Part shown: piece by piece, positions 1 through 15,000 of the stretch
How the letters are laid out: the number at the start of each line of letters is the position of its first letter
Position numbering within the stretch: position 1 is the first letter of the stretch
DNA from: Auanema rhodensis
Lineage: Eukaryota; Animalia; Nematoda
Assembly: GCA_964057225.1 (NCBI GenBank)
Contig: CAXKVF010000086.1
Location: 1-64,000 of the forward strand
DNA length: 64,000 nt
Reading direction: 5' to 3'
The notes under the pieces: model-generated
What the model was told of the DNA's origin: nothing
What the model saw: only the letters and a program-made list of their open reading frames with translations
Database searches by the model: none
Translations under genes and position numbers: made by a program

Positions 1-3000
1 GTGAAGCGAGTTACATACCAAGTGCACATCACGTGTACATTTAATTAGCATAAATCAAAGTTCACGTAAATTTCAAAGTCATGGTTACCATGAACCAATA
101 TCAATAAAAATTTGTTTTTAGACTAATATGGACATGGGGAATCTAATTTTGAAAACCGCATCTCTTTATCTTTCACGTGAAGCGAGTTACATACCAAGTG
201 CACATCACGTGTACATTTAATTAGCATAAATTAAAGTTCACGTAAATTTCAAAGTCATGGTTACCATGAACCAATATCAATAAAAATTTGTTTTTAGACT
301 AATATGGACTTGGGGAATCTAATTTTGAAAACCGCATCTCTTTATCTTTCACGTGAAGCGAGTTACATACCAAGTGCACATCACGTGTACATTTAATTAG
401 CATAAATCAAAGTTCACGTAAATTTCAAAGTCATGGTTACCATGAACCAATATCAATAAAATTTTGTTTTTAGACTAATATGGACATGGGGAATCTAATT
501 TTGAAAACCGCATCTCTTTATCTTTCACGTGAAGCGGGTTACATACCAAGTGCACATCACGTGTACATTTAATTAGCATAAATTAAAGTTCACGTAAATT
601 TCAAAGTCATGGTTACCATGCACCAATATCAATAAAAATTTGTTTTTAGACTAATATGGACATGGGGAATCTAATTTTGAAAACCGCATCTCTTTATCTT
701 TCACGTGAAGCGAGTTACATACCAAGTGCACATCACGTGTACATTTAATTAGCATAAATTAAAGTTCACGTAAATTTCAAAGTCATGGTTACCATGAACC
801 AATATCAATAAAAATTTGTTTTTAGACTAATATGGACATGGGGAATCTAATTTTGAAAACCGCATCTCTTTATCTTTCACGTGAAGCGAGTTACATACCA
901 AGTGCACATCACGTGTACATTTAATTAGCATAAATTAAAGTTCACGTAAATTTCAAAGTCATGGTTACCATGCACCAATATCAATAAAAATTTGTTTTTA
1001 GACTAATATGGACATGGGGAATCTAATTTTGAAAACCGCATCTCTTTATCTTTCACGTGAAGCGAGTTACATACCAAGTGCACATCACGTGTACATTTAA
1101 TTAGCATAAATTAAAGTTCACGTAAATTTCAAAGTCATGGTTACCATGCACCAATATCAATAAAAATTTGTTTTTAGACTAATATGGACATGGGGAATCT
1201 AATTTTGAAAAACCGCATCTCTTTATCTTTCACGTGAAGCGAGTTACATACCAAGTGCACATCACGTGTACATTTAATTAGCATAAATTAAAGTTCACGT
1301 AAATTTCAAAGTCATGGTTACCATGAACCAATATCAATAAAAATTTGTTTTTAGACTAATATGGACATGGGGAATCTAATTTTGAAACCGCATCTCTTTA
1401 TCTTTCACGTGAAGCGAGTTACATACCAAGTGCACATCACGTGTACATTTAATTAGCATAAATTAAAGGTTCACGTAAATTTCAAAGTCATGGTTACCAT
1501 GCACCAATATCAATAAAAATTTGTTTTTAGACTAATATGGACATGGGGAATCTAATTTGAAAACCGCATCTCTTTATCTTTCACGTGAAGCGAGTTACAT
1601 ACCAAGTGCACATCACGTGTACATTTAATTAGCATAAATTAAAGTTCACGTAAATTTCAAAGTCATGGTTACCATGAACCAATATCAATAAAAATTTGTT
1701 TTTAGACTAATATGGACATGGGGAATCTAATTTTGAAAACCGCATCTCTTTATCTTTCACGTGAAGCGAGTTACATACCAAGTGCACATCACGTGTACAT
1801 TTAATTAGCATAAATTAAAGTTCACGTAAATTTCAAAGTCATGGTTACCATGAACCAATATCAATAAAAATTTGTTTTTAGACTAATATGGACATGGGGA
1901 ATCTAATTTTGAAAACCGCATCTCTTTATCTTTCACGTGAAGCGAGTTACATACCAAGTGCACATCACGTGTACATTTAATTAGCATAAATTAAAGTTCA
2001 CGTAAATTTCAAAGTCATGGTTACCATGCACCAATATCAATAAAAATTTGTTTTTAGACTAATATGGACATGGGGAATCTAATTTTGAAAACCGCATCTC
2101 GTTATCTTTCACGTGAAGCGAGTTACATACCAAGTGCACATCACGTGTACATTTAATTAGCATAAATTAAAGTTCACGTAAATTTCAAAGTCATGGTTAC
2201 CATGCACCAATATCAATAAAAATTTGTTTTTAGACTAATATGGACATGGGGAATCTAATTTTGAAAACCGCATCTCTTTATCTTTCACGTGAAGCGAGTT
2301 ACATACCAAGTGCACATCACGTGTACATTTAATTAGCATAAATTAAAGTTCACGTAAATTTCAAAGTCATGGTTACCATGCACCAATATCAATAAAAATT
2401 TGTTTTTAGACTAATATGGACATGGGGAATCTAATTTTGAAAACCGCATCTCCTTATCTTTCACGTGAAGCGAGTTACATACCAAGTGCACATCACGTGT
2501 ACATTTAATTAGCATAAATTAAAGTTCACGTAAATTTCAAAGTCATGGTTACCATGCACCAATATCAATAAAAATTAGTTTTTAGACTAATATGGACATG
2601 GGGAATCTAATTTTGAAAACCGCATCTCTTCATCTTTCACGTGAAGCGAGTTACATACCAAGTGCACATCACGTGTACATTTAATTAGCATAAATTAAAG
2701 TTCACGTAAATTTCAAAGTCATGGTTACCATGAACCAATATCAATAAAAATTTGTTTTTAGACTAATATGGACATGGGGAATCTAATTTTGAAAACCGCA
2801 TCTCTTTATCTTTCACGTGAAGCGAGTTACATACCAAGTGCCCATCACGTGTACATTTAATTAGCATAAATTAAAGTTCACGTAAATTTCAAAGTCATGG
2901 TTACCATGCACCAATATCAATAAAAATTTGTTTTTAGACTAATATGGACATGGGGAATCTAATTTTGAAAACCGCATCTCTCTTATCTTTCACGTGAAGC

Positions 3001-6000
3001 GAGTTACATACCAAGTGCACATCACGTGTACATTTAATTAGCATAAATTAAAGTTCACGTAAATTTCAAAGTCATGGTTACCATGCACCAATATCAATAA
3101 AAATTTGTTTTTAGACTAATATGGACATGGGGAATCTAATTTTGAAAACCGCATCTCTTTATCTTTCACGTGAAGCGAGTTACATACCAAGTGCACATCA
3201 CGTGTACATTTAATTAGCATAAATTAAAGTTCACGTAAATTTCAAAGTCATGGTTACCATGCACCAATATCAATAAAAATTTGTTTTTAGACTAATATGG
3301 ACATGGGGAATCTAATTTTGAAAACCGCATCTCTTTATCTTTCACGTGAAGCGAGTTACATACCAAGTGCACATCACGTGTACATTTAATTAGCATAAAT
3401 TAAAGTTCACGTAAATTTCAAAGTCATGGTTACCATGAACCAATATCAATAAAAATTTGTTTTTAGACTAATATGGACATGGGGAATCTAATTTTGAAAA
3501 CCGCATCTCTTTATCTTTCACGTGAAGCGAGTTACATACCAAGTGCACATCACGTGTACATTTAATTAGCATAAATTAAAGTTCACGTAAATTTCAAAGT
3601 CATGGTTACCATGCACCAATATCAATAAAAATTTGTTTTTAGACTAATATGGACATGGGGAATCTAATTTTGAAAACCGCATCTCTTTATCTTTCACGTG
3701 AAGCGAGTTACATACCAAGTGCACATCACGTGTACATTTAATTAGCATAAATTAAAGTTCACGTAAATTTCAAAGTCATGGTTACCATGAACCAATATCA
3801 ATAAAAATTTGTTTTTAGACTAATATGGACATGGGGAATCTAATTTTGAAAACCGCATCTCTTTATCTTTCACGTGAAGCGAGTTACATACCAAGTGCAC
3901 ATCACGTGTACATTTAATTAGCATAAATTAAAGTTCACGTAAATTTCAAAGTCATGGTTACCATGAACCAATATCAATAAAAATTTGTTTTTAGACTAAT
4001 ATGGACATGGGGAATCTAATTTTGAAAACCGCATCTCTTTATCTTTCACGTGAAGCGAGTTACATACCAAGTGCCCATCTCGTGTACATTTAATTAGCAT
4101 AAATTAAAGTTCACGTAAATTTCAAAGTCATGGTTACCATGCACCAATATCAATAAAAATTTGTTTTTAGACTAATATGGACATGGGGAATCTAATTTTG
4201 AAAACCGCATCTCGTTATCTTTCACGTGAAGCGAGTTACATACCAAGTGCACATCACGTGTACATTTAATTAGCATAAATTAAAGTTCACGTAAATTTCA
4301 AAGTCATGGTTACCATGCACCAATATCAATAAAAATTTGTTTTTAGACTAATATGGACATGGGGAATCTAATTTTGAAAACCGCATCTCTTTATCTTTCA
4401 CGTGAAGCGAGTTACATACCAAGTGCACATCACGTGTACATTTAATTAGCATAAATTAAAGTTCACGTAAATTTCAAAGTCATGGTTACCATGCACCAAT
4501 ATCAATAAAAATTTGTTTTTAGACTAATATGGACATGGGGAATCTAATTTTGAAAACCGCATCTCTTTATCTTTCACGTGAAGCGAGTTACATACCAAGT
4601 GCACATCACGTGTACATTTAATTAGCATAAATTAAAGTTCACGTAAATTTCAAAGTCATGGTTACCATGAACCAATATCAATAAAAATTTGTTTTTAGAC
4701 TAATATGGACATGGGGAATCTAATTTTGAAAACCGCATCTTTTTATCTTTCACGTGAAGCGAGTTACATACCAAGTGCACATCACGTGTACATTTAATTA
4801 GCATAAATTAAAGTTCACGTAAATTTCAAAGTCATGGTTACCATGAACCAATATCAATAAAAATTTGTTTTTAGACTAATATGGACATGGGGAATCTAAT
4901 TTTGAAAACCGCATCTCTTTATCTTTCACGTGAAGCGAGTTACATACCAAGTGCCCATCACGTGTACATTTAATTAGCATAAATTAAAGTTCACGTAAAT
5001 TTCAAAGTCATGGTTACCATGCACCAATATCAATAAAAATTTGTTTTTAGACTAATATGGACATGGGGAATCTAATTTTGAAAACCGCATCTCCTTATCT
5101 TTCACGTGAAGCGAGTTACATACCAAGTGCACATCACGTGTACATTTAATTAGCATAAATTAAAGTTCACGTAAATTTCAAAGTCATGGTTACCATGCAC
5201 CAATATCAATAAAAATTAGTTTTTAGACTAATATGGACATGGGGAATCTAATTTTGAAAACCGCATCTCTTCATCTTTCACGTGAAGCGAGTTACATACC
5301 AAGTGCACATCACGTGTACATTTAATTAGCATAAATTAAAGTTCACGTAAATTTCAAAGTCATGGTTACCATGCACCAATATCAATAAAAATTTGTTTTT
5401 AGACTAATATGGACATGGGGAATCTAATTTTGAAAACCGCATCTCTTCATCTTTCACGTGAAGCGAGTTACATACCAAGTGCACATCACGTGTACATTTA
5501 ATTAGCATAAATTAAAGTTCACGTAAATTTCAAAGTCATGGTTACCATGCACCAATATCAATAAAAATTTGTTTTTAGACTAATATGGACATGGGGAATC
5601 TAATTTTGAAAACCGCATCTCTTTATCTTTCACGTGAAGCGAGTTACATACCAAGTGCACATCACGTGTACATTTAATTAGCATAAATTAAAGTTCACGT
5701 AAATTTCAAAGTCATGGTTACCATGCACCAATATCAATAAAAATTTGTTTTTAGACTAATATGGACATGGGGAATCTAATTTTGAAAACCGCATCTCTTT
5801 ATCTTTCACGTGAAGCGAGTTACATACCAAGTGCACATCACGTGTACATTTAATTAGCATAAATTAAAGTTCACGTAAATTTCAAAGTCATGGTTACCAT
5901 GAACCAATATCAATAAAAATTTGTTTTTAGACTAATATGGACATGGGGAATCTAATTTTGAAAACCGCATCTTTTTATCTTTCACGTGAAGCGAGTTACA

Positions 6001-9000
6001 TACCAAGTGCACATCACGTGTACATTTAATTAGCATAAATTAAAGTTCACGTAAATTTCAAAGTCATGGTTACCATGAACCAATATCAATAAAAATTTGT
6101 TTTTAGACTAATATGGACATGGGGAATCTAATTTTGAAAACCGCATCTCTTTATCTTTCACGTGAAGCGAGTTACATACCAAGTGCCCATCACGTGTACA
6201 TTTAATTAGCATAAATTAAAGTTCACGTAAATTTCAAAGTCATGGTTACCATGCACCAATATCAATAAAAATTTGTTTTTAGACTAATATGGACATGGGG
6301 AATCTAATTTTGAAAACCGCATCTCTTCATCTTTCACGTGAAGCGAGTTACATACCAAGTGCACATCACGTGTACATTTAATTAGCATAAATTAAAGTTC
6401 ACGTAAATTTCAAAGTCATGGTTACCATGCACCAATATCAATAAAAATTTGTTTTTAGACTAATATGGACATGGGGAATCTAATTTTGAAAACCGCATCT
6501 CTTTATCTTTCACGTGAAGCGAGTTACATATCAAGTGCACATCACGTGTACATTTAATTAGCATACATTAAAGTTCACGTAAATTTCAAAGTCATGGTTA
6601 CCATGCACCAATGTCAATAAAAATTTGTTTTTAGACTAATATGGACATGGGGAATCTAATTTTGAAAACCGCATCTCTTCATCTTTCACGTGAAGCGAGT
6701 TACATACCAAGTGCCCATCACGTGTACATTTAATTAGCATAAATTAAAGTTCACGTAAATTTCAAAGTCATGGTTACCATGCACCAATATCAATAAAAAT
6801 TTGTTTTTAGACTAATGTGGACATGGGGAATCTAATTTTGAAAACCGCATCTCTTTATCTTTCACGTGAAGCGAGTTACATACCAAGTGCACATCACGTG
6901 TACATTTAATTTGCATAAATTAAAGTTCACGTAAATTTCAAAGTCATGGTTACCATGCACCAATATCAATAAAAATTTGTTTTTAGACTAATATGGACAT
7001 GGGGAATCTAATTTTGAAAACCGCATCTCCTTATCTTTCACGTGAAGCGAGTTACATACCAAGTGCACATCACGTGTACATTTAATTAGCATAAATTAAA
7101 GTTCACGTAAATTTCAAAGTCATGGTTACCATGCACCAATATCAATAAAAATTTGTTTTTAGACTAATATGGACATGGGGAATCTAATTTTGAAAACCGC
7201 ATCTCCTTATCTTTCACGTGAAGCGAGTTACATACCAAGTGCACATCACGTGTACATTTAATTAGCATAAATTAAAGTTCACGTAAATTTCAAAGTCATG
7301 GTTACCATGCACCAATATCAATAAAAATTTGTTTTTAGACTAATATGGACATGGGGAATCTAATTTTGAAAACCGCATCTCTTCATCTTTCACGTGAAGC
7401 GAGTTACATACCAAGTGCACATCACGTGTACATTTAATTAGCATAAATTAAAGTTCACGTAAATTTCAAAGTCATGGTTACCATGCACCAATATCAATAA
7501 AAATTTGTTTTTAGACTAATATGGACATGGGGAATCTAATTTTGAAAACCGCATCTCTTTATCTTTCACGTGAAGCGAGTTACATACCAAGTGCACATCA
7601 CGTGTACATTTAATTAGCATAAATTAAAGTTCACGTAAATTTCAAAGTCATGGTTACCATGCACCAATGTCAATAAAAATTTGTTTTTAGACTAATATGG
7701 ACATGGGGAATCTAATTTTGAAAACCGCATCTCTTCATCTTTCACGTGAAGCGAGTTACATACCAAGTGCACATCACGTGTACATTTAATTAGCATAAAT
7801 TAAAGTTCACGTAAATTTCAAAGTCATGGTTACCATGCACCAATATCAATAAAAATTTGTTTTTAGACTAATATGGACATGGGGAATCTAATTTTGAAAA
7901 CCGCATCTCTTCATCTTTCACGTGAAGCGAGTTACATACCAAGTGCACATCACGTGTACATTTAATTAGCATAAATTAAAGTTCACGTAAATTTCAAAGT
8001 CATGGTTACCATGCACCAATATCAATAAAAATTTGTTTTTAGACTAATATGGACATGGGGAATCTAATTTTGAAAACCGCATCTCTTTATCTTTCACGTG
8101 AAGCGAGTTACATACCAAGTGCACATCACGTGTACATTTAATTAGCATAAATTAAAGTTCACGTAAATTTCAAAGTCATGGTTACCATGCACCAATATCA
8201 ATAAAAATTTGTTTTTAGACTATTATGGACATGGGGAATCTAATTTTGAAAACCGCATCTCTTCATCTTTCACGTGAAGCGAGTTACATACCAAGTGCAC
8301 ATCACGTGTACATTTAATTAGCATAAATTAAAGTTCACGTAAATTTCAAAGTCATGGTTACCATGCACCAATATCAATAAAAATTTGTTTTTAGACTAAT
8401 ATGGACATGGGGAATCTAATTTTGAAAACCGCATCTCTTTATCTTTCACGTGAAGCGAGTTACATACCAAGTACACATCACGTGTACATTTAATTAGCAT
8501 AAATTAAAGTTCACGTAAATTTCAAAGTCATGGTTACCATGCACCAATGTCAATAAAAATTTGTTTTTAGACTAATATGGACATGGGGAATCTAATTTTG
8601 AAAACCGCATCTCTTCATCTTTCACGTGAAGCGAGTTACATTCCAAGTGCACATCACGTGTACATTTAATTAGCATAAATTAAAGTTCACGTAAATTTCA
8701 AAGTCATGGTTACCATGCACCAATATCAATAAAAATTTGTTTTTAGACTAATATGGACATGGGGAATCTAATTTTGAAAACCGCATCTCTTTATCTTTCA
8801 CGTGAAGCGAGTTACATACCAAGTGCACATCACGTGTACATTTAATTAGCATAAATTAAAGTTCACGTAAATTTCAAAGTCATGGTTACCATGAACCAAT
8901 ATCAATAAAAATTTGTTTTTAGACTAATATGGACATGGGGAATCTAATTTTGAAAACCGCATCTCTTTATCTTTCACGTGAAGCGAGTTACATACCAAGT

Positions 9001-12000
9001 GCACATCACGTGTACATTTAATTAGCATAAATTAAAGTTCACGTAAATTTCAAAGTCATGGTTACCATGCACCAATATCAATAAAAATTTGTTTTTAGAC
9101 TAATATGGACATGGGGAATCTAATTTTGAAAACCGCATCTCTTCATCTTTCACGTGAAGCGAGTTACATACCAAGTGCACATCACGTGTACATTTAATTA
9201 GCATAAATTAAAGTTCACGTAAATTTCAAAGTCATGGTTACCATGCACCAATATCAATAAAAATTTGTTTTTAGACTAATATGGACATGGGGAATCTAAT
9301 TTTGAAAACCGCATCTCTTCATCTTTCACGTGAAGCGAGTTACATACCAAGTGCACATCACGTGTACATTTAATTTGCATAAATTAAAGTTCACGTAAAT
9401 TTCAAAGTCATGGTTACCATGCACCAATATCAATAAAAATTTGTTTTTAGACTAATATGGACATGGGGAATCTAATTTTGAAAACCGCATCTCCTTATCT
9501 TTCACGTGAAGCGAGTTACATACCAAGTGCACATCACGTGTACATTTAATTAGCATAAATTAAAGTTCACGTAAATTTCAAAGTCATGGTTACCATGCAC
9601 CAATATCAATAAAAATTTGTTTTTAGACTAATATGGACATGGGGAATCTAATTTTGAAAACCGCATCTCTTTATCTTTCACGTGAAGCGAGTTACATACC
9701 AAGTGCACATCACGTGTACATTTAATTAGCATAAATTAAAGTTCACGTAAATTTCAAAGTCATGGTTACCATGAACCAATATCAATAAAAATTTGTTTTT
9801 AGACTAATATGGACATGGGGAATCTAATTTTGAAAACCGCATCTCTTTATCTTTCACGTGAAGCGAGTTACATACCAAGTGCACATCACGTGTACATTTA
9901 ATTAGCATAAATTAAAGTTCACGTAAATTTCAAAGTCATGGTTACCATGCACCAATATCAATAAAAATTTGTTTTTAGACTAATATGGACATGGGGAATC
10001 TAATTTTGAAAACCGCATCTCTTTATCTTTCACGTGAAGCGAGTTACATACCAAGTGCACATCACGTGTACATTTAATTAGCATAAATTAAAGTTCACGT
10101 AAATTTCAAAGTCATGGTTACCATGAACCAATATCAATAAAAATTTGTTTTTAGACTAATATGGACATGGGGAATCTAATTTTGAAAACCGCATCTCTTT
10201 ATCTTTCACGTAAAGCGAGTTACATACCAAGTGCACATCACGTGTACATTTAATTAGCATAAATTAAAGTTCACGTAAATTTCAAAGTCATGGTTACCAT
10301 GCACCAATATCAATAAAAATTTGTTTTTAGACTAATATGGACATGGGGAATCTAATTTTGAAAACCGCATCTCCTTATCTTTCACGTGAAGCGAGTTACA
10401 TACCAAGTGCACATCACGTGTACATTTAATTAGCATAAATTAAAGTTCACGTAAATTTCAAAGTCATGGTTACCATGCACCAATGTCAATAAAAATTTGT
10501 TTTTAGACTAATATGGACATGGGGAATCTAATTTTGAAAACCGCATCTCTTTATCTTTCACGTGAAGCGAGTTACATACCAAGTGCACATCACGTGTACA
10601 TTTAATTAGCATAAATTAAAGTTCACGTAAATTTCAAAGTCATGGTTACCCTGCACCAATGTCTATAAAAATTTGTTTTTAGACTAATATGGACATGGGG
10701 AATCTAATTTTGAAAACCGCATCTCTTCATCTTTCACGTGAAGCGAGTTACATACCAAGTGCACATCACGTGTACATTTAATTAGCATAAATTAAAGTTC
10801 ACGTAAATTTCAAAGTCATGGTTACCATGCACCAATATCAATAAAAATTTGTTTTTAGACTAATATGGACATGGGGAATCTAATTTTGAAAACCGCATCT
10901 CTTCATCTTTCACGTAAAGCGAGTTACATACCAAGTGCACATCACGTGTACATTTAATTAGCATAAATTAAAGTTCACGTAAATTTCAAAGTCATGGTTA
11001 CCATGCACCAATATCAATAAAAATTTGTTTTTAGACTAATATGGACATGGGGAATCTAATTTTGAAAACCGCATCTCTTTATCTTTCACGTGAAGCGAGT
11101 TACATACCAAGTGCACATCACGTGTACATTTAATTAGCATAAATTAAAGTTCACGTAAATTTCAAAGTCATGGTTACCATGCACCAATGTCAATAAAAAT
11201 TTGTTTTTAGACTAATATGGACATGGGGAATCTAATTTTGAAAACCGCATCTCTTCATCTTTCACGTGAAGCGAGTTACATACCAAGTGCACATCACGTG
11301 TACATTTAATTAGCATAAATTAAAGTTCACGTAAATTTCAAAGTCATGGTTACCATGCACCAATATCAATAAAAATTTGTTTTTAGACTAATATGGACAT
11401 GGGGAATCTAATTTTGAAAACCGCATCTCTTTATCTTTCACGTGAAGCGAGTTACATACCAAGTGCACATCACGTGTACATTTAATTAGCATAAATTAAA
11501 GTTCACGTAACTTTCAAAGTCATGGTTACCATGCACCAATATCAATAAAAATTTGTTTTTAGACTAATATGGACATGGGGAATCTAATTTTGAAAACCGC
11601 ATCTCTTTATCTTTCACGTGAAGCGAGTTACATACCAAGTGCACATCACGTGTACATTTAATTAGCATAAATTAAAGTTCACGTAAATTTCAAAGTCATG
11701 GTTACCATGAACCAATATCAATAAAAATTTGTTTTTAGACTAATATGGACATGGGGAATCTAATTTTGAAAACCGCATCTCTTTATCTTTCACGTGAAGC
11801 GAGTTACATACCAAGTGCACATCACGTGTACATTTAATTAGCATAAATTAAAGTTCACGTAAATTTCAAAGTCATGGTTACCATGAACCAATATCAATAA
11901 AAATTTGTTTTTAGACTAATATGGACATGGGGAATCTAATTTTGAAAACCGCATCTCTTTATCTTTCACGTGAAGCGAGTTACATACCAAGTGCACATCA

Positions 12001-15000
12001 CGTGTACATTTAATTAGCATAAATTAAAGTTCACGTAAATTTCAAAGTCATGGTTACCATGCACCAATATCAATAAAAATTTGTTTTTAGACTAATATGG
12101 ACATGGGGAATCTAATTTTGAAAACCGCATCTCTTTATCTTTCACGTGAAGCGAGTTACATACCAAGTGCACATCACGTGTACATTTAATTAGCATAAAT
12201 TAAAGTTCACGTAAATTTCAAAGTCATGGTTACCATGCACCAATATCAATAAAAATTTGTTTTTAGACTAATATGGACATGGGGAATCTAATTTTGAAAA
12301 CCGCATCTCTTTAACTTTCACGTGAAGCGAGTTACATACCAAGTGCACATCACGTGTACATTTAATTAGCATAAATTAAAGTTCACGTAAATTTCAAAGT
12401 CATGGTTACCATGAACCAATATCAATAAAAATTTGTTTTTAGACTAATATGGACATGGGGAATCTAATTTTGAAAACCGCATCTCTTTATCTTTCACGTG
12501 AAGCGAGTTACATACCAAGTGCACATCACGTGTACATTTAATTAGCATAAATTAAAGTTCACGTAAATTTCAAAGTCATGGTTACCATGCACCAATATCA
12601 ATAAAAATTTGTTTTTAGACTAATATGGACATGGGGAATCTAATTTTGAAAACCGCATCTCCTTATCTTTCACGTGAAGCGAGTTACATACCAAGTGCAC
12701 ATCACGTGTACATTTAATTAGCATAAATTAAAGTTCACGTAAATTTCAAAGTCATGGTTACCATGCACCAATATCAATAAAAATTTGTTTTTAGACTAAT
12801 ATGGACATGGGGAATCTAATTTTGAAAACCGTATCTCTTCATTTTTCACGTGAAGCGAGTTACATACCAAGTGCACATCACGTGTACATTTAATTAGCAT
12901 AAATTAAAGTTCACGTAAATTTCAAAGTCATGGTTACCATGCACCAATATCAATAAAAATTTGTTTTTAGACTAATATGGACATGGGGAATCTAATTTTG
13001 AAAACCGCATCTCTTTATCTTTCACGTGAAGCGAGTTACATACCAAGTGCACATCACGTGTACATTTAATTAGCATAAATTAAAGTTCACGTAAATTTCA
13101 AAGTCATGGTTACCATGCACCAATATCAATAAAAATTTGTTTTTAGACTAATATGGACATGGGGAATCTAATTTTGAAAACCGCATCTCTTTATCTTTCA
13201 CGTGAAGCGAGTTACATACCAAGTGCACATCACGTGTACATTTAATTAGCATAAATTAAAGTTCACGTAAATTTCAAAGTCATGGTTACCATGAACCAAT
13301 ATCAATAAAAATTTGTTTTTAGACTAATATGGACATGGGGAATCTAATTTTGAAAACCGCATCTCTTTATCTTTCACGTGAAGCGAGTTACATACCAAGT
13401 GCACATCACGTGTACATTTAATTAGCATAAATTAAAGTTCACGTAAATTTCAAAGTCATGGTTACCATGCACCAATATCAATAAAAATTTGTTTTTAAAC
13501 TAATATGGACATGGGGAATCTAATTTTGAAAACCGCATCTCTTTATCTTTCACGTGAAGCGAGTTACATACCAAGTGCACATCACGTGTACATTTAATTA
13601 GCATAAATTAAAGTTCACGTAAATTTCAAAGTCATGGTTACCATGCACCAATATCAATAAAAATTTGTTTTTAGACTAATATGGACATGGGGAATCTAAT
13701 TTTGAAAACCGCATCTCTTTATCTTTCACGTGAAGCGAGTTACATACCAAGTGCACATCACGTGTACATTTAATTAGCATAAATTAAAGTTCACGTAAAT
13801 TTCAAAGTCATGGTTACCATGAACCAATATCAATAACAATTTGTTTTTAGACTAATATGGACATGGGAAATCTAATTTTGAAAACCGCATCTCTTTATCT
13901 TTCACGTGAAGCGAGTTACATACCAAGTGCACATCACGTGTACATTTAATTAGCATAAATTAAAGTTCACGTAAATTTCAAAGTCATGGTTACCATGCAC
14001 CAATATCAATAAAAATTTGTTTTTAGACTAATATGGACATGGGGAATCTAATTTTGAAAACCGCATCTTCTTATCTTTCACGTGAAGCGAGTTACATACC
14101 AAGTGCACATCAAGTGTACATTTAATTAGCATAAATTAAAGTTCACGTAAATTTCAAAGTCATGGTTACCATGAACCAATATCAATAAAAATTTGTTTTT
14201 AGACTAATATGGACATGGGGAATCTAATTTTGAAAACCGCATCTCTTCATTTTTCACGTGAAGCGAGTTACATACCAAGTGCACATCACGTGTACATTTA
14301 ATTAGCATAAATTAAAGTTCACGTAAATTTCAAAGTCATGGTTACCATGCACCAATATCAATAAAAATTTGTTTTTAAACTAATATGGACATGGGGAATC
14401 TAATTTTGAAAACCGCATCTCTTTATCTTTCACGTGAAGCGAGTTACATACCAAGTGCACATCACGTGTACATTTAATTAGCATAAATTAAAGTTCACGT
14501 AAATTTCAAAGTCATGGTTACCATGCACCAATATCAATAAAAATTTGTTTTTAGACTAATATGGACATGGGGAATCTAATTTTGAAAACCGCATCTCTTT
14601 AACTTTCACGTGAAGCGAGTTACATACCAAGTGCACATCACGTGTACATTTAATTAGCATAAATTAAAGTTCACGTAAATTTCAAAGTCATGGTTACCAT
14701 GAACCAATATCAATAAAAATTTGTTTTTAGACTAATATGGACATGGGGAATCTAATTTTGAAAACCGCATCTCTTTATCTTTCACGTGAAGCGAGTTACA
14801 TACCAAGTGCACATCACGTGTACATTTAATTAGCATAAATTAAAGTTCACGTAAATTTCAAAGTCATGGTTACCATGAACCAATATCAATAAAAATTTGT
14901 TTTTAGACTAATATGGACATGGGGAATCTAATTTTGAAAACCGCATCTCTTTATCTTTCACGTGAAGCGAGTTACATACCAAGTGCCCATCACGTGTACA

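Noticed and set aside
100-112. AATAAA polyadenylation signal in each monomer
   Set aside because: It is expected by chance in A-tract-rich DNA and has no gene context.
1-176. 5S rRNA, tRNA or snRNA tandem gene unit
   Set aside because: I see no recognisable 5S/tRNA sequence, cloverleaf or convincing Pol III A/B/C boxes, and the unit is AT-rich. An Rfam search was not run.
1-176. Assignment to known 176-178 bp satellites (Brassica CentBr, Arabidopsis CEN178, honeybee AluI) or a CENP-B box
   Set aside because: Only the length is similar. There is no AAGCTT or AGCT site and no TTCG...CGGG core, and I recognise no sequence similarity. A BLAST or satellite-database search is needed.
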